Below are positions 38,892 to 53,164 of a stretch of 64,000 nucleotides of DNA, piece by piece; the first letter of the stretch is position 1, and the number at the start of each line of letters is the position of its first letter. Position numbers and translations under genes: made by a program. Source of the stretch: Octopus sinensis (Eukaryota); assembly GCF_006345805.1 (NCBI RefSeq), contig NC_043019.1, positions 2,294,001 to 2,358,000 on the forward strand, read 5' to 3'. Below the pieces are notes generated by a model that searched no databases, was not told where the DNA came from, and saw only the letters and a program-made list of their open reading frames with translations.

Positions 38892-39330
38892 AAAGTCAAA
38901 ACTACTAAAATGAATAAGCACATCGTACCGATTGCGAGGGAATGCAACTCTCGAAGCAATCCACTTAAAAATAGAATTCAACAGCAAATCACGTGATTCC
39001 ATAATTAAAGAGTGCATTTCTGCATTCTTTAATCATCAGTGCAAGCATAATTGAAGATTTATAACGAATGAACAAAAATCAACATACCAGACGAACAACC
39101 AATGTATCCAACGTAGCATATAGAAATGTTCACCCTTTATATGTTGATTTTTGTTCATTCGTTATAAATCTTCAATTATGCTTGCACTGATGATTAAAGA
39201 GTGCAGAAATGCACTAATTGTGAAATCACGTGATTTGCAACTGAATTCTGTTTTTAAGTGGATTGCTTCGAGAGTTGCATTCTCTCGCAATCGGTACGAT
39301 GTGCTTATTTATTTTGGTAGTTTTGACTTT
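38892..39330. repeat. Long inverted repeat (~195-bp arms, 53-bp spacer), each arm with a hammerhead-like motif
   Basis: 38892-39086 is the reverse complement of 39140-39330. The right arm reads TTGCA-CTGATGA-[hairpin with GAAA loop]-GAAA-TCACGTGA-TT-TGCAA. Confidence 0.88.
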
Positions 39331-39599
39331 AATTTCAATTTGTGTTTGACCCCATCACTTGATAAACTATGTTGGTTTGTTTACGTCAAACCAAAAGAGA
39401 CCAGTAGAATATTTACCAAACTTGAAAGGAAGCGGTCGTGTCCATTTGTTTGAACAAAATCTTTCGAGATGCGGTACGATAGCATGGCTGCTGTCTTATG
39501 AATAAAAGAAGTAAAAGATAATAAAAGCATTTATATAGAAAGAGGGGGGAGACTGACAGACAGAAATAGAGAGGCAGAATGACAGTGATGGAAGGAGAA

Positions 39600-39890
39600 A
39601 GGGAGGAGGAAGAGGATGTTGGGAGGGGAGGAGGGGAGAGGAGGAGGAGGAGGAGGAGGAGTGGAGGAGGTGCAGAGGAGCGGGGGAGAGGAGGAGAGGA
39701 GGAGGGGAGGGATGGAGGGGATGGAAAGGAGGGGAAGGGTGGAGGGTGAGGTGGAGGGTGAGGTGGAGGAGGAGGATGCTGGGAGGGGAGGAGGTTGTGG
39801 AGGAGGAGGAAGATGAGGAGGAGGGGAGGTGGAGGAAGAGAAGAAGAAGAAGAAGAAGAAGAAGAAGAAGAAGAAGAAGAAGAAGAAAAC
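39600..39890. repeat. (GGA)n/(GAA)n polypurine tract
   Basis: Direct reading of the sequence. Confidence 0.9.
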
Positions 39891-40122
39891 AATGATGTGA
39901 CGACAGCAACGGCAACAAAAACAACAATAACCACAACAACAAACAAACAAGCAAGCAAACAGATTAGAACAAAAGCAGACTAAACTTATTCAATTTATTT
40001 GTGGAATTCCATCTTGCAACATAAGGAAAAATAAAAATTTACGAAATATTTTTGGTCAAAGTTTATTCTTTCCGAGCCTGGCACAAATGTGGTCATGAAT
40101 ATTTTACTTGCAAATACAAGAG

Positions 40123-40340
40123 CAGTGCTTTTCAAACTTTTTGCTGGAGCGGAACCCCAAGGAAACATTCCACTGGCTCGAGGAACCCCATGCAATAATT
40201 TAATAGTCTTATGCACACATATCTGCACAGGAGAATTAAAAATTACTGCCGATTTTAGCAGTTTTGTAACTTCTTGCGGAACCCCTAGACTGTACTGGCG
40301 GAAGCCTAAGGTTCCGCGGAACCCTGGTTGAAAACCACTG
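40123..40340. mobile_element. hAT-type MITE (218 bp)
   Basis: TIRs CAGTGCTTTTCAA / TTGAAAACCACTG and a perfect 8-bp TSD TACAAGAG (40115-40122, 40341-40348). Confidence 0.9.
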
Positions 40341-40764
40341 TACAAGAGACTATGCGATAAAAGAGAAATGATAAACAGGGGAACGATGGAAGAAGAAAAA
40401 GAGAAGTAATAAAAATAGCAATAAATTTACTAAAACATTCAGTCAGTAAAACAGATAATTCTGTTATAAATCTATTTCGAATTATTGAATATAGTTCTTT
40501 CCCTTGCTTAAATCTGTTTGTGTTTTTGTATGTGAAGAAACTACTTCACAAAAGCTGACAGTAATTTCTGTTGTTTGTAATGTAAATCTATTATTTTCCA
40601 CTTAAATATTTGTTGATATACGACAATTGGAAAACCTTTTGAAAAAAAAATGCATAAAGCATTCCTTATCGAGAATAAAAATAATTCGTTTACCATTTTA
40701 TTTACGTTTCGGGAAATTTTTGTTATGATATTTTACTGAATGCTCCATTCATATTTTCTTTTTT

Positions 40765-41186
40765 CTTTTCTTTTCTTTTACTTGTTTCAGTCATTTTGAC
40801 TGCGGCCATGCTGGAGCACCGCCTTTTAGTCGAGCAACTCGACCCCGGGACTCATTCATTTTGTAAGCCCAGTACTTATTCTATCGGTCTCTTTTTGCCG
40901 AACCGCTAAGTGACGGGGACGTAAACACACCAGCATTGGTTGTCAAGCAATGGTAGGGGAACAAACACAGACACACAAACACACACACACACACACACAT
41001 ACATATATATATATACATATATACGACAGGCTTCTTTCAGTTTCCGTCTACCAAATCCACTCACAAGGCATTGGTCGGCCCGGGGCTATAGCAGAAGACA
41101 CTTGCCCAAGATGCCACGCAGTGGGACTGAACCCGGAACCATGAGGTTGGTTAGCAAGCTACTTACCACACAGCCACCCCTGCGCC
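40765..41186 (-). mobile_element. SINE family A, full length
   Basis: Near-identical to the reverse complement of 26147-26562. Confidence 0.92.
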
Positions 41187-41739
41187 TATATTCTGAGCAA
41201 AATCTATATAAATATAAAATTCTCTTTGACATTCATCGTCTGTCACAAATATTATTAACATAGACATATCTATTCGCAAATGTTAGAGCTACAATGTGCT
41301 TACTTAACTAGCTAGTGATAGCAGCCAAGTCTCCTTCAAATCAACCAGTGTGATACATTATAGCGAGGACCTTGATTGATTACAAACGTTGTTTATGGAG
41401 ATGCCATCTAATTAAAAATAAATAATGTACAATATCTAAATTGAGTTTTCAAAGTAGGAAACGAAATATCTTTAGGATAACCATTTTTTGTAAACAATAT
41501 TCAAGATTATTTATTAAACCTTTATTAAGAAGACAACATAAATTTCAATAATTTAGTCACTTAAAAAACACTTCATATAGCATTTATTTTTCTGCAAATG
41601 AAAGTAGAAATAAAATTAATAACTTACTAATTTTTTCAAGGACTCTGTATATTTAAACTGAATAAATTTTATATTCAATGTGGCATTTTAAATGTACAAA
41701 CAATTGAAATATTAAATTTTACCATCTTATTTTCAGTGT

Positions 41740-41895
41740 TCAAATTCCGCCGAGGTCGACTGTGCCTTTCGTCCTTTCAGGGTCGATAAATTAAGTACCA
41801 GTTACACACTGGGGTCGATGTAATCGACTTAATCCGTTTGTCTGTCCTTGTTTGTCCACTTTGTGTTTAGCCCCTTGTAGGTAGTAAAGAAATAG

Positions 41896-41944
<49 letters not shown>

Positions 41945-42672
41945 AGGCGGCGAGATGGCAGAATCATTATTAGCACGGCGGATGAAATGCTTAGCGGTAT
42001 TTCGCCAGTCACTAAGTTCTGAGTTCTAATTCTGCCGAGGTTGACTTTGCTTTTTATCCTTTCGGGGTCGATGTATTAAGTACCAGTGAAACACTGGAGT
42101 CGATGTAATCGATTAGTCCCCTCCCCCAAAATTTGTGCCAATAGTAGACAGGATTATTGTCATTATAAAACAAACGTTAATATTGATTTCAAATTTTGTC
42201 ACAAAGCCAGCAATTTCGGAGGATAGGGGAAACTCGATTATTTCGAACCCAGTGCTCAACTGGCACTTATTTTATCGACCCCGAAAGGTTGAAAGGCAAA
42301 GTCAACCCGAATCGAATTTGAACTCAGAATGTAGAGATGAACGAAATGCCGCTACTCGATTAATCCCTTTTTCCCAAACTCTTCTGGCCCTCTGCCTATA
42401 CTAGAAATTAATATCCATATAGCGTTATGGCACCTCTAGCAGAACCCAATATTATATATATATAATTATATATAGGCGGACAGCTGGCAGAACCGTTAGC
42501 ATGCTGGGATGTTTGCTTAGCGGCGTTTCGTCCATCTTTATATTCTAATTTCAAATACCGACAAGGTCGGCTTTGTATTTTATCTTCCGGGGTTGATAAA
42601 ATAAGTACCAGTTGAAAGCTGTTGATACAAACGACTTATCCCCTCTCCCGATTTGCTGGCCTTGTGCCAAAA
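41740..42672. mobile_element. Cluster of four SINE family B copies (41740-41900 +, 41946-42140 +, 42200-42370 -, 42475-42672 +)
   Basis: Each copy contains the core CCTTTC..GGGGTCGATAAA..AAGTACCAG. Confidence 0.8.
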
Positions 42673-44029
42673 TTATATATTATTATATAAGTAATTATTA
42701 TATTAACAGTTTTGTTTAAAAGTACGTGACCCTGATTTTTTGGCATAAATGCATAAAGACTTTTAACTAAACTAGCTAGCTTCTACATATTTCCGTACAA
42801 TAGAAAAGCAAATTCTCATTGTGTTTGTTCTAGAGCTGTAACAAAAAAAAGTAAAGAAATGGAATCCTTAAGATTTCTCATTAAAACGAAACAACTTCAA
42901 TACAATTCATACAGCAAAAAATTCTCAAGGAAGGAAAGAAAGCATAAGATAGGAAAATAATTGTCTCCGCCCACTTGCAGACATGAATTTTTTTCTTTCC
43001 TTGGAATAATTGCATTGAAAACTGAAATTGTTTTGCAACGCATATACTGTTAACTGAAAAAATTCACTTGGAAAAAGGAGCCTAATTATTTAATACAAAC
43101 TTAATCTTTAATAGCAGCGCGTTGGAAGAATTAGTAGAGCGTCGGATAAATTCCATGCGGTGTGGTACTTATTTGTGTTCCTTTACAGTCTGTGTTCAAA
43201 TCTCGTTCATCTGTTGACAGTTATTTTTCTGACGTTGATGTTGTTGTGTAACTCCTAGGTTGGTTCTGACTGAGTGATCCTACGACATGCAGAACGTGCA
43301 GGTGCATGGCTTAGTGGTTAAGATGTTGGATTCGTGTCGTAAGGTTATGGTTTCGATTCCTGGACCGGGTGATACGTTGTGTTCTTGAGTAAAATAAAAC
43401 ACTTCATTTCACGTTGCCTCAGTTCACACAACTCGTCAAAATGAAAAATCCCTTCCAGGAAAGAGTATATCAGTATACGCCAGAGAAACCGGGAAATATA
43501 CCATGATATGCAGGCAGTTAGATGGCCGAATGACTGGAAGTGGCCTACATAACACATATTCCAGTTACACCATCTTGCTGTAAAATCTGGCATGCAATGA
43601 TGAATCATTTGGATTGCCGCTTCATACTTCTGTCTTACTTTACTATTCAGTCTATTTCAACATATCCCAAGATTCTGGTGCTGACCACAGTAGTCTCGTA
43701 CAAGGTCAACTACTTCAAGGTGCTGCATTACGATTGTTGTTCTACATTTATTTCATGTACAGCAATTTTTAACGCTCTCTGATGGCATTTATTGATGCTG
43801 GGAAAATACCACTAAATATGGAAGACTACTTCATCGATTCAATGCTTCCGAGGTTTACAAAATAAGTTCCAGTAAATTACAGGAATGCTTTTAATCAAAT
43901 ACTCTCTCTCTAAAATTGTGTGTCTTTGTGCTTATACTGGAAATTCTATGTTTGACCTCTAAGATTATAAGTTGGCGGAAAATGTAGATTAGGTATTTGA
44001 AATTCCATGTCCCACACGATTGAGATTTG

Positions 44030-44414
44030 TCTCTTAAGACACTTGGATATTGCCTTTAGTCTTTATTCTAGGACAGACTTGACTCAAAAGACCTATGATG
44101 AAAGGTATTTTAACTATGTCTATATCATCTGTTGATTATCAGAAACGTTATATCTCTTAAGACACTTAGCTCAAAAGATGTTGCATTTAGTCTTTATTCT
44201 AGGACAGACTTGACTCAAAAGACCTATGATGAAAGGTATTTTAACTATGTCTATATCATCTGTTGATTATCAGAGACGTTATATCTCTTAAGACACTTAG
44301 CTCAAAAGATGTTGCATTTAGTCTTTATTCTAGGACAGACTTGACTCAAAATACCTATGATGAAAGGTATTTTAACTATGTCTATATCATCTGTTGATTA
44401 TCAGAAACGTTATA
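44030..44414. repeat. Tandem repeat, 3 units (123, 131 and 131 bp)
   Basis: Units start at 44030, 44153 and 44284 (TCTCTTAAGACACTT...TATCAGAAACGTTATA) and are very similar to each other. Confidence 0.92.
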
Positions 44415-44818
44415 CCTAGAACTGCAATATCGAAGGTGTTTTTGCCTTTACTTAAGTCTGCATAGAGGAATGGCAGCTATTTCGTTGAGTTGATCGACCT
44501 CATAGAGGTTCCCTCAGTAGCTCGTATATCATTTAATTTGTCACTTTGCTATGTTTTAGTAAGTATTCTCAGTATAAGATAACGCCTTAAGAGGGAACAG
44601 AGTTAAAGTATTTTATTTCACTGCGGTTGGTAAACGGATATACACTAAATTCTGGAGAAGAGATTGACTTTGTAATGACTTAAGGCGGAGAACAACCTAT
44701 TATATACATATATACATATATACATAACATACCATCGCACACACACATACACACATATACATGCACATAAATAAAACATTATATATATATATACATACAT
44801 TACATATACATATATAAG

Positions 44819-44870
<52 letters not shown>

Positions 44871-45211
44871 CATACATATGTTTATATATATATATATGTA
44901 TGTATATATAAACACACACACATACATGCATCATATGGTAAACAGATTGCTATTAAATATGCATATATATATTCTCACGTGTGTGTATGTATGTACATAC
45001 ACGTCTGTGCATATGTGTGTGTCTATGTGTATGCAAGCGCACCTGTGTATATGCACGTAAGCATATACGTGTGTTTTTGTAGGGTTGGCTCCTGCGTGCT
45101 AAATTGATTTTTCAGTTTATTTGTGAATGTGGAATGGCTAAAGTCAGCAGATTACTTAAGTTATTTATATTCGTCACTTTTTTTTGTTTTTTAGTTTATA
45201 ATAATAATAAC

Positions 45212-45266
<55 letters not shown>

Positions 45267-45305
45267 TAATAATAATAATATAATAATAATAATAATAAGG
45301 ATAAT

Positions 45306-45372
<67 letters not shown>

Positions 45373-45376
<4 letters not shown>

Positions 45377-46510
45377 AGATTGCTACAATTGGCCTAGACA
45401 CCTACCTGAAAAAGTCTGAGGAGTTGATGTTAAAACTTGTCTCAAAACATGAAAACAAGAAAGCATCATACTCAGTAACAAAACAGGCAAAGGAATATCT
45501 AAGTGAATTCCGAATACAACCAATTTCGGAATTAGAGATAGACATACAAGAAACAAGCACAGAAAAAGCTAGGCGCATGAAAACCCGCGCCAAAACTGCG
45601 GCCTTAGATATTCTGAATAATAAATGACAAGAAAAACCTCCCTATGGCAAATACCCAAAGAGAGCGAATAATGCAGATATTGACAAAGCCCTGACCCATC
45701 AATGGCTAATGGTCTCTGGCTTAAAATCTGGAACAGAGGGGTTTATCATAGCAGCTCAAGATCAATACCTACCAACAAGAAACTACCAGGCCAACATATT
45801 AAAGAACGGCAGTAGCCCAACATGTCGTGTATGCCGACAACAAAAGGAAACCATTGATCATGTTGCCTCCAAATGCAGTCTTCTAGCGCCTACAGAGTAC
45901 CTCAACAGGCATGATAGAGCTGCATAATATATTCACTGGGTTATTTGCAAAAACCTGGATTTGCCCCATGAAAACAACTGGTGGGAACACAATCCACCTC
46001 CAGTGCTTGAAAATGACCACATCTCACTCCTCTGAAACTTCACCATTCAAACTGACAGAAAGATAGATGCAAATAGGCCAGACATCATATTAAAAGACTT
46101 CAGACAAAGAACATGCCTCCTCATTGATATGACTGTCCCAATCGATATAAACGTATCTGTGAAGACCTACCAAAAACTGAGCAAATATAAAGATCTTGAA
46201 ATAGAAATCAGCAAAATGTGGAAGCTGAAGACTAAAACAATACCTGTTGTCATAGGTGCCCTGGGAATGATAGCAAAAGGGACTGATTGCTACCTAACTC
46301 AGATACCAGGAAACCCCAAAATGGCAGAAATTCAAAAGATAGTGCTCATGGGAACTGCTCATATCCTACGCAAAATACTCTCTATGTAATCCCAAGGTTT
46401 AAAACAAACTTTTTTTTATGTATTAGACATTCACTAGTACAACACCAAAAAAACCCCCAAATATATGGCACACTAGGCATAACAACAACGTGAACTTCCA
46501 ACCTGTTGTC
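45373..46510 (+). mobile_element. 5'-truncated R4/Dong-like LINE (C-terminus, CCHC zinc knuckle, RLE endonuclease, 3'UTR)
   Basis: EGFIIAAQDQ..CRVCRQQKETIDHVASKC..YLNRHDRAA..RPDIILKD..LIDMTVP..KYKDLEIEISKMW..GTAHILRKILSM*. Begins directly after (AAT)n 45197-45372. Confidence 0.92.
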
Positions 46511-46699
46511 TCTTTTTAGAATTAACCGGAGTAAGTAAAATCGAGAGCTCTGAGAAGTAAAATTTGTGAGGGAAATATGTTGAATGATATCATAATAAAC
46601 TGATCCTCCTTGTATTTTCTTCTACCCAAAGCCAGGAACTTTTTGACACACCCTCGTAGTTGTAGTAGCAGATGTAATGCGAAGCGCTGGCCTCGTGGC

Positions 46700-47330
46700 A
46701 TCTGAACTGGTAGTGAATGTTATATCATTTAGCCTGGTCATATTGACATTTTGTTTTTTGTAGCTATTAGTTTTGTGACGGCCAGGTTCATGCTATTTAT
46801 TATTGATGTTTTATTATCAATTTTAATTTTTGGAAGATACAACCAGTGGTCCATACTGAGATCTGTAATTTTCAGTTCTTTGACTATGAACATTTTCAGA
46901 GTATGATAATCATTACTTTCACCATCGCTGTTTCCAGGTTTTAGATTTGTTTCGTATTCCCTTTCGTTCATATTTTTGTCGTTGGTGTCCTGGTTTGCTG
47001 CATTTTGCTCATCATTATACAGTCTGGGTTGTTTGCTTCATTTTTGTTGGACATGTTACGTCTGTCTTCGTATTTTACAGTCTCAGTGCTTACGATATTA
47101 TTTGGAATTGCTGTGGGGTTACTATCAACGTTTTCCAGATGTATTTTTCCTTTTAAGTGTTCCATTTCTATTTCTGATATTTTTATCTTTTTTTTTTTTT
47201 TACTTTGAGAATATATCTCCGTATGTTAACTGGTTTATTAGGGTTCATTGCTGTATCCAAATCTTCATCTAGGTTATTTTTTTACAGCTTTTATATGTAT
47301 TTCTTGCTGTGTTTTAGTTCTGTGGGTAAA
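46700..47330 (-). pseudogene. N-terminal region of an R4/Dong-like ORF, degenerate
   Basis: Minus-strand peptides MNPNKPVNIRRYI..ISDIEMEHLKGKI and LPKIKIDNKTSIINSMNLAV resemble R4/Dong N-termini. Lies near (TTA)n at 47420. Confidence 0.45.
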
Positions 47331-47438
47331 ACAAGCGTGTTGTAAAATAAGCTGTCGTAAAATAAGCATATAGGATTGAAACGTATTCCTCACGTGTCCA
47401 TTTCTGCTTTTTTTATTTTATTTGCGCAACATGAGAAA

Positions 47439-47489
<51 letters not shown>

Positions 47490-47544
47490 CATCATCATTA
47501 TCATCATCATCATCATTATCATCATCATCATCACCATCAACAAC

Positions 47545-47577
<33 letters not shown>

Positions 47578-47589
47578 TATTATTTATTA

Positions 47590-48165
<576 letters not shown>

Positions 48166-49332
48166 CCCCACCTTTATGTTGATACAAATGATAATATATT
48201 TTTTTTCTATTATAGCATTAATGAGTCACACACTAAAAAATGCCAGGCCATACAGAAATGAGTTTTAAAAATATACGGTATTGAATATATATGAACATGG
48301 TTTGGGGTAAACATATCATATAACAACTTTTGGGGGTTAAGCAATTAATACAGAAAGCATATACCAAAACGAGAAATTCGCCCACACAAAGGTTAAGATC
48401 CTTCGTCTACTTGATATCATGCCGCTCCTTATCACCTCCACTTATCGCCTCGATCATTTTCTGCCAACTGAGTCCTCCGAATTTTCCATTAAGCATCTTT
48501 GAGACCGTGTGAGCCATGAAGTCTCCTATATCCTGCTGGGCGTGGTCCGTTAGCTAAATTTAAACTTATGGTGTTTATTTTTACAACAAATTGTCATTTA
48601 TTTTTTTAAATATTATCTTACATGTGTCCTTCTCAAACTCTTCCTCATTCTTCTGCTCATTCCGAATGTCCATAAGTTCTTTGTTACTTATTTTCCACGA
48701 GTTACTTATTCACAACTGTGAGGCCCAAGCAAAACAGGGATCGGTTGCCCTTTCGTGCGAAAGCTGCTTGTAACGCCTATGTCTAAGCTCACTCCCGTTT
48801 TCGACTTTTTACCCCCTTTTTTGTCCTCGACAGTTTCTCACCTTTCTTCAGTCTGAATCCCCCCCATCGCCACTGAACTACAGGATGTTATTACTGCTGG
48901 TAGCTTCTGGCCGGAAGGGGAATACCTTCCTCCGCATCTTCATAACTTATTAACCACTTGTACTGGTAACACCGAGGCAGATATGATTTCATTTAGTTCA
49001 GCTCTTGCTGAGAAACGCTTTCGTTTTTACTAATTATCACAATTAGAAATTTTGTAAAAAATATTGATTCTATAAAAAGCGTGGTAGCCATAGTTGGAAA
49101 GATTTTTTCTTGCTAATGTATTATGGTATACTGCTCATATATTCTATTAATTGTCCATTTTTGTGCTCTACATTAATAAAAGTGTCTTTATGATTTGTAT
49201 TTTTGGACATGCACTTACAAAAAATTTTTTCGCTACACGAATTTTTTTATATGCCCCGTCAATTTCGTTATCACGGATTTTCACTTGTATACATACACAC
49301 ACACAGAATCTCTTTCTCTGTGTGTGTATATG

Positions 49333-49612
<280 letters not shown>

Positions 49613-50480
49613 TGCCCATACACATGAATGTTCAAGATATAAACATAATGTTTCACATTAACTAGAATGATCGAAGAGATGCGAACTCGCCAAGATCAAC
49701 ACAATTACTCACTCAATTCCTGGACAGCTGATGGAGCTCGGGTAATGACGATGAGTCAGAATATGCGTTAAATATGTTGTCGCACCCATTGCATGTGTAA
49801 GTTTGAGACGACAAATTCTGAAGACAATGATGGCGAGGATACTAGCGTTCTGCATGAAGACTGAAGCATTTATATGCTTTCTGATTCGGTGGTACTTAGT
49901 AGTAATCATGTTTGTTTAAAGTATCAAATGAAAGGAAAATCTAAAGAGGAAATGATTGACACTACCTGTCACCCGTCGCACGAAAACAGTATGCTGGATG
50001 GGCAGGATACGGCGTCAGCTGCCATGCATCTTTAGAAGTCATTACGGTAAAGGAATACTGGGAAATACACATAGCGACGTCTGTGAGATTGCAAATGACA
50101 TAACTACAATCATACATAAAATTAAGATGTGTACGTTCAAAGTCATAATATGTACCTCCCTTACAAATAATCTTTTTTTTTTCAGGAACTGTGTATTTGC
50201 CGGTATTTTCAAAGCGATCAATAGCTTTTTGCAGAAACCATGGTTCGCTTTGTTTTCTTTCTTTATTATCATCTTATAATCATCTCATAATAATGACTCT
50301 TATGACTACCTCAGTCCATCTAATTGTATATATTTGCCGTTACCTGTCATAAAAAGCCTTTTTTTATTTGCAATGTGCATTTTCGTTGATTTTTCATATT
50401 TTACCCTTACATTTCCACGTCTATTTTATATTTTCTTTTTGTAACATATTTCTACTATATATATATATATATATATATAT

Positions 50481-50882
50481 ACTCTTTTTTACTCTTTTAC
50501 TTATTTCAGTCATTTGACTATGGCCATGCTGGAGCGCCGCCCTTTAGTCGAGTAAATCGACCACATGACTTATTCTTTGTAAGCCTAGTACTTATTTTAT
50601 CATTCTTTTTTGCTGAACCGCTAAGTTACGGGGACGTAAACACACCACCATCGGTTGTCAAGCAATGGTGGGGGGGACAAAGACAGACACACAAACATAT
50701 ACACACATATATATATATACATATATACGACGGGCTTCTTCCAGTTTCCGTCTACCAAATCCACTCACAAGGCTTTGGTTGGCCCGAGGCTATAGTAGAA
50801 GACACTTGCCCAAGGTGCCATGTACTGGGAATGAACCCGGAACCATGTGGTTGGTAAGCAAGCTACTTACCACACAGCCACT

Positions 50883-50884
<2 letters not shown>
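50481..50884 (-). mobile_element. SINE family A, followed by partial heads at 50960-51055 (-) and 51060-51195 (+)
   Basis: Homology to the family consensus. Confidence 0.88.
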
Positions 50885-50969
<85 letters not shown>

Positions 50970-52025
50970 TAGTAGAAGTCATTTGTCCAAGGGCCACGCA
51001 GTGTGACTGAACTCGGGACCATATGGCTGGAGAGCAAATTTCTTACCACACAGCTATATGGCTGTGTGGTGTGGCTGTGTAGTAAAACGTTTGCTTCCCA
51101 ACTTTATGGTTCTGTGCTCAATCCCACAACGTGGTACCTTTGACAAGTGCCTTCTGCTATAGCCTCGGGTCGATCAAAGCCTTGTGAGTGGATCTGCTGA
51201 TTTGTGTTTCGGTTGATCTAAAGTTTATCCGGTTTTTGTTGAGTTCCTCCTCAGATAGGAAAGAACTCGACGGTGGATGGAAGCATTTCTTTGTGGACAA
51301 CGATACACTGGGGACACATGATTGTTTGAACTCACATTTCTCTGGCAAGGATCAGTAGAGAGGGAAAAAAAACTTAGGTAAAGGTGAAAGGCTTATACGT
51401 ATACGCATGCGCTGGCACGCGCACACACACCAACACGCGCACACACTCACACATATACATATTCACACATGCTCACACACACACATACACATATGCTCGC
51501 ACATGCTCACACACGCACGGATGCAAATCCATACTTTAGATAGGTGTAGGCCTCTGATTCTCACTCAGGGCCTACATGAGCCTTTGGGGTTCATATAAGA
51601 CCTTGTTGCTAAAATTTATGTGCCATAGTTACTTCTACAATGCACAAATTATAAAAATACAGTAGGATTTCATATATATGTATATATATATATATATATT
51701 AATATATATATTATATATAGATATAGATATAGATATATATATATATATATAGCCGCAGGTGTGGCTACATGGTAAGCATGCATCGAACGACATGGTTCTG
51801 GGTTCAGTCCTATTATATAGAACCATTGCCAAGTGTCTTCTATAGTCTCAGGCCATCCAAAACCTCGTGAGTGAATTTGGTAGAAGGAAACTGAAAGGGA
51901 CCCTGTCGTGTGGATGTGTCTGTGTGTGTGTGTGTGTGTGTCCGTCTTTGTATCATCTAGCAGTCTGTATATTTTTATTGTCATCCGTTACGTTCTTATT
52001 GGGTTTTCTGGATTTATATATATAC

Positions 52026-52086
<61 letters not shown>

Positions 52087-52288
52087 TTGAATCTCTTTAA
52101 CAATTCACAATAATGACTTTATTACTTTTATTCCTACCTCAGTTCATCTAATTTACATTTTGGGATTTCCGATGTGCATTTGCACATATATTTTTTCTTA
52201 CTTTCCCCTTACATTTCCACGTGTAGTTTCTATTTTCTTTTTGAAACATATTTCTATTATATGTGTGTATGTGTGTGTGTGTGTGTGT

Positions 52289-52329
<41 letters not shown>

Positions 52330-52355
52330 GTGCATATATATATAATATATATATA

Positions 52356-52415
<60 letters not shown>

Positions 52416-53164
52416 CGTAATATATATATATGTATATATATATGTGTATATATTATATATATATATATATGTTCCCGAAATAGTTTTTGTATCGGTCGAA
52501 CAGATAGCAGCAGACGGTTGCGTGCGCCGTGAGAGCTAGCAGTGATTTTCCTGATGCAGTGTGGCAAAGGAAACACAAAATGAATCAAAGAGAAGCTTCC
52601 TGAAGCATTAAAAAAAGCGCGAAAATACAAAAGTATTTAACGTAAAAGTGACTTGTCGCAAAGTCAGCAATCGCCAGACGGATAAACCGTTGGAGGAAGA
52701 CGGGAAAGTGAGAGGGAGTGTCGAAGCACAATAGGAATAGCAAAGTTTATATACAGAGAGTTTCTAAAGTTTAGCTTAGAAAGAAGAAACGGAAAAGGAA
52801 GGATAGAAAGAAAAAGAGGGAAAGATCCGGAAGAAGAGAGGAGCGGTCGGAGTAGACAAACAATTGACACTCCTCTAAGAGCAATTTTTCTCCCCTTTGT
52901 TAAAACCGAAAAGGGGCACACATACATACATGCATAAAAAACAACAATCACATATGCATATATGTGTATGTATATATGTATGTACGAAGACAATTATATG
53001 GTAATATATGTATGTAGGGTGAAATTCCATCATATACATATATATATTATATATATATATATTATATATATATATATGATACATTTATGTATGAATGTAT
53101 TTCAGAATATATGTATGGATGTGTAAGCATGCATGCACGTCTGTATGTGTGTGTATTTATGTAT

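Noticed and set aside
39413-39983. Pro/Ser/Glu-rich ORFs
   Set aside because: They come from the (GGA)n/(GAA)n low-complexity tract.
44030-44414. Tandem unit as a CRISPR array or tandem hammerhead (TATGATGA...GAAACG)
   Set aside because: There are no unique spacers. The core is not CUGANGA and no stem I/II/III pairing forms.
51200-51265. Minus-strand CTGAGGA-GG...CC-GAAAC hammerhead-like core
   Set aside because: No stem III/NUH or stem I partner follows; the sequence runs into a SINE.
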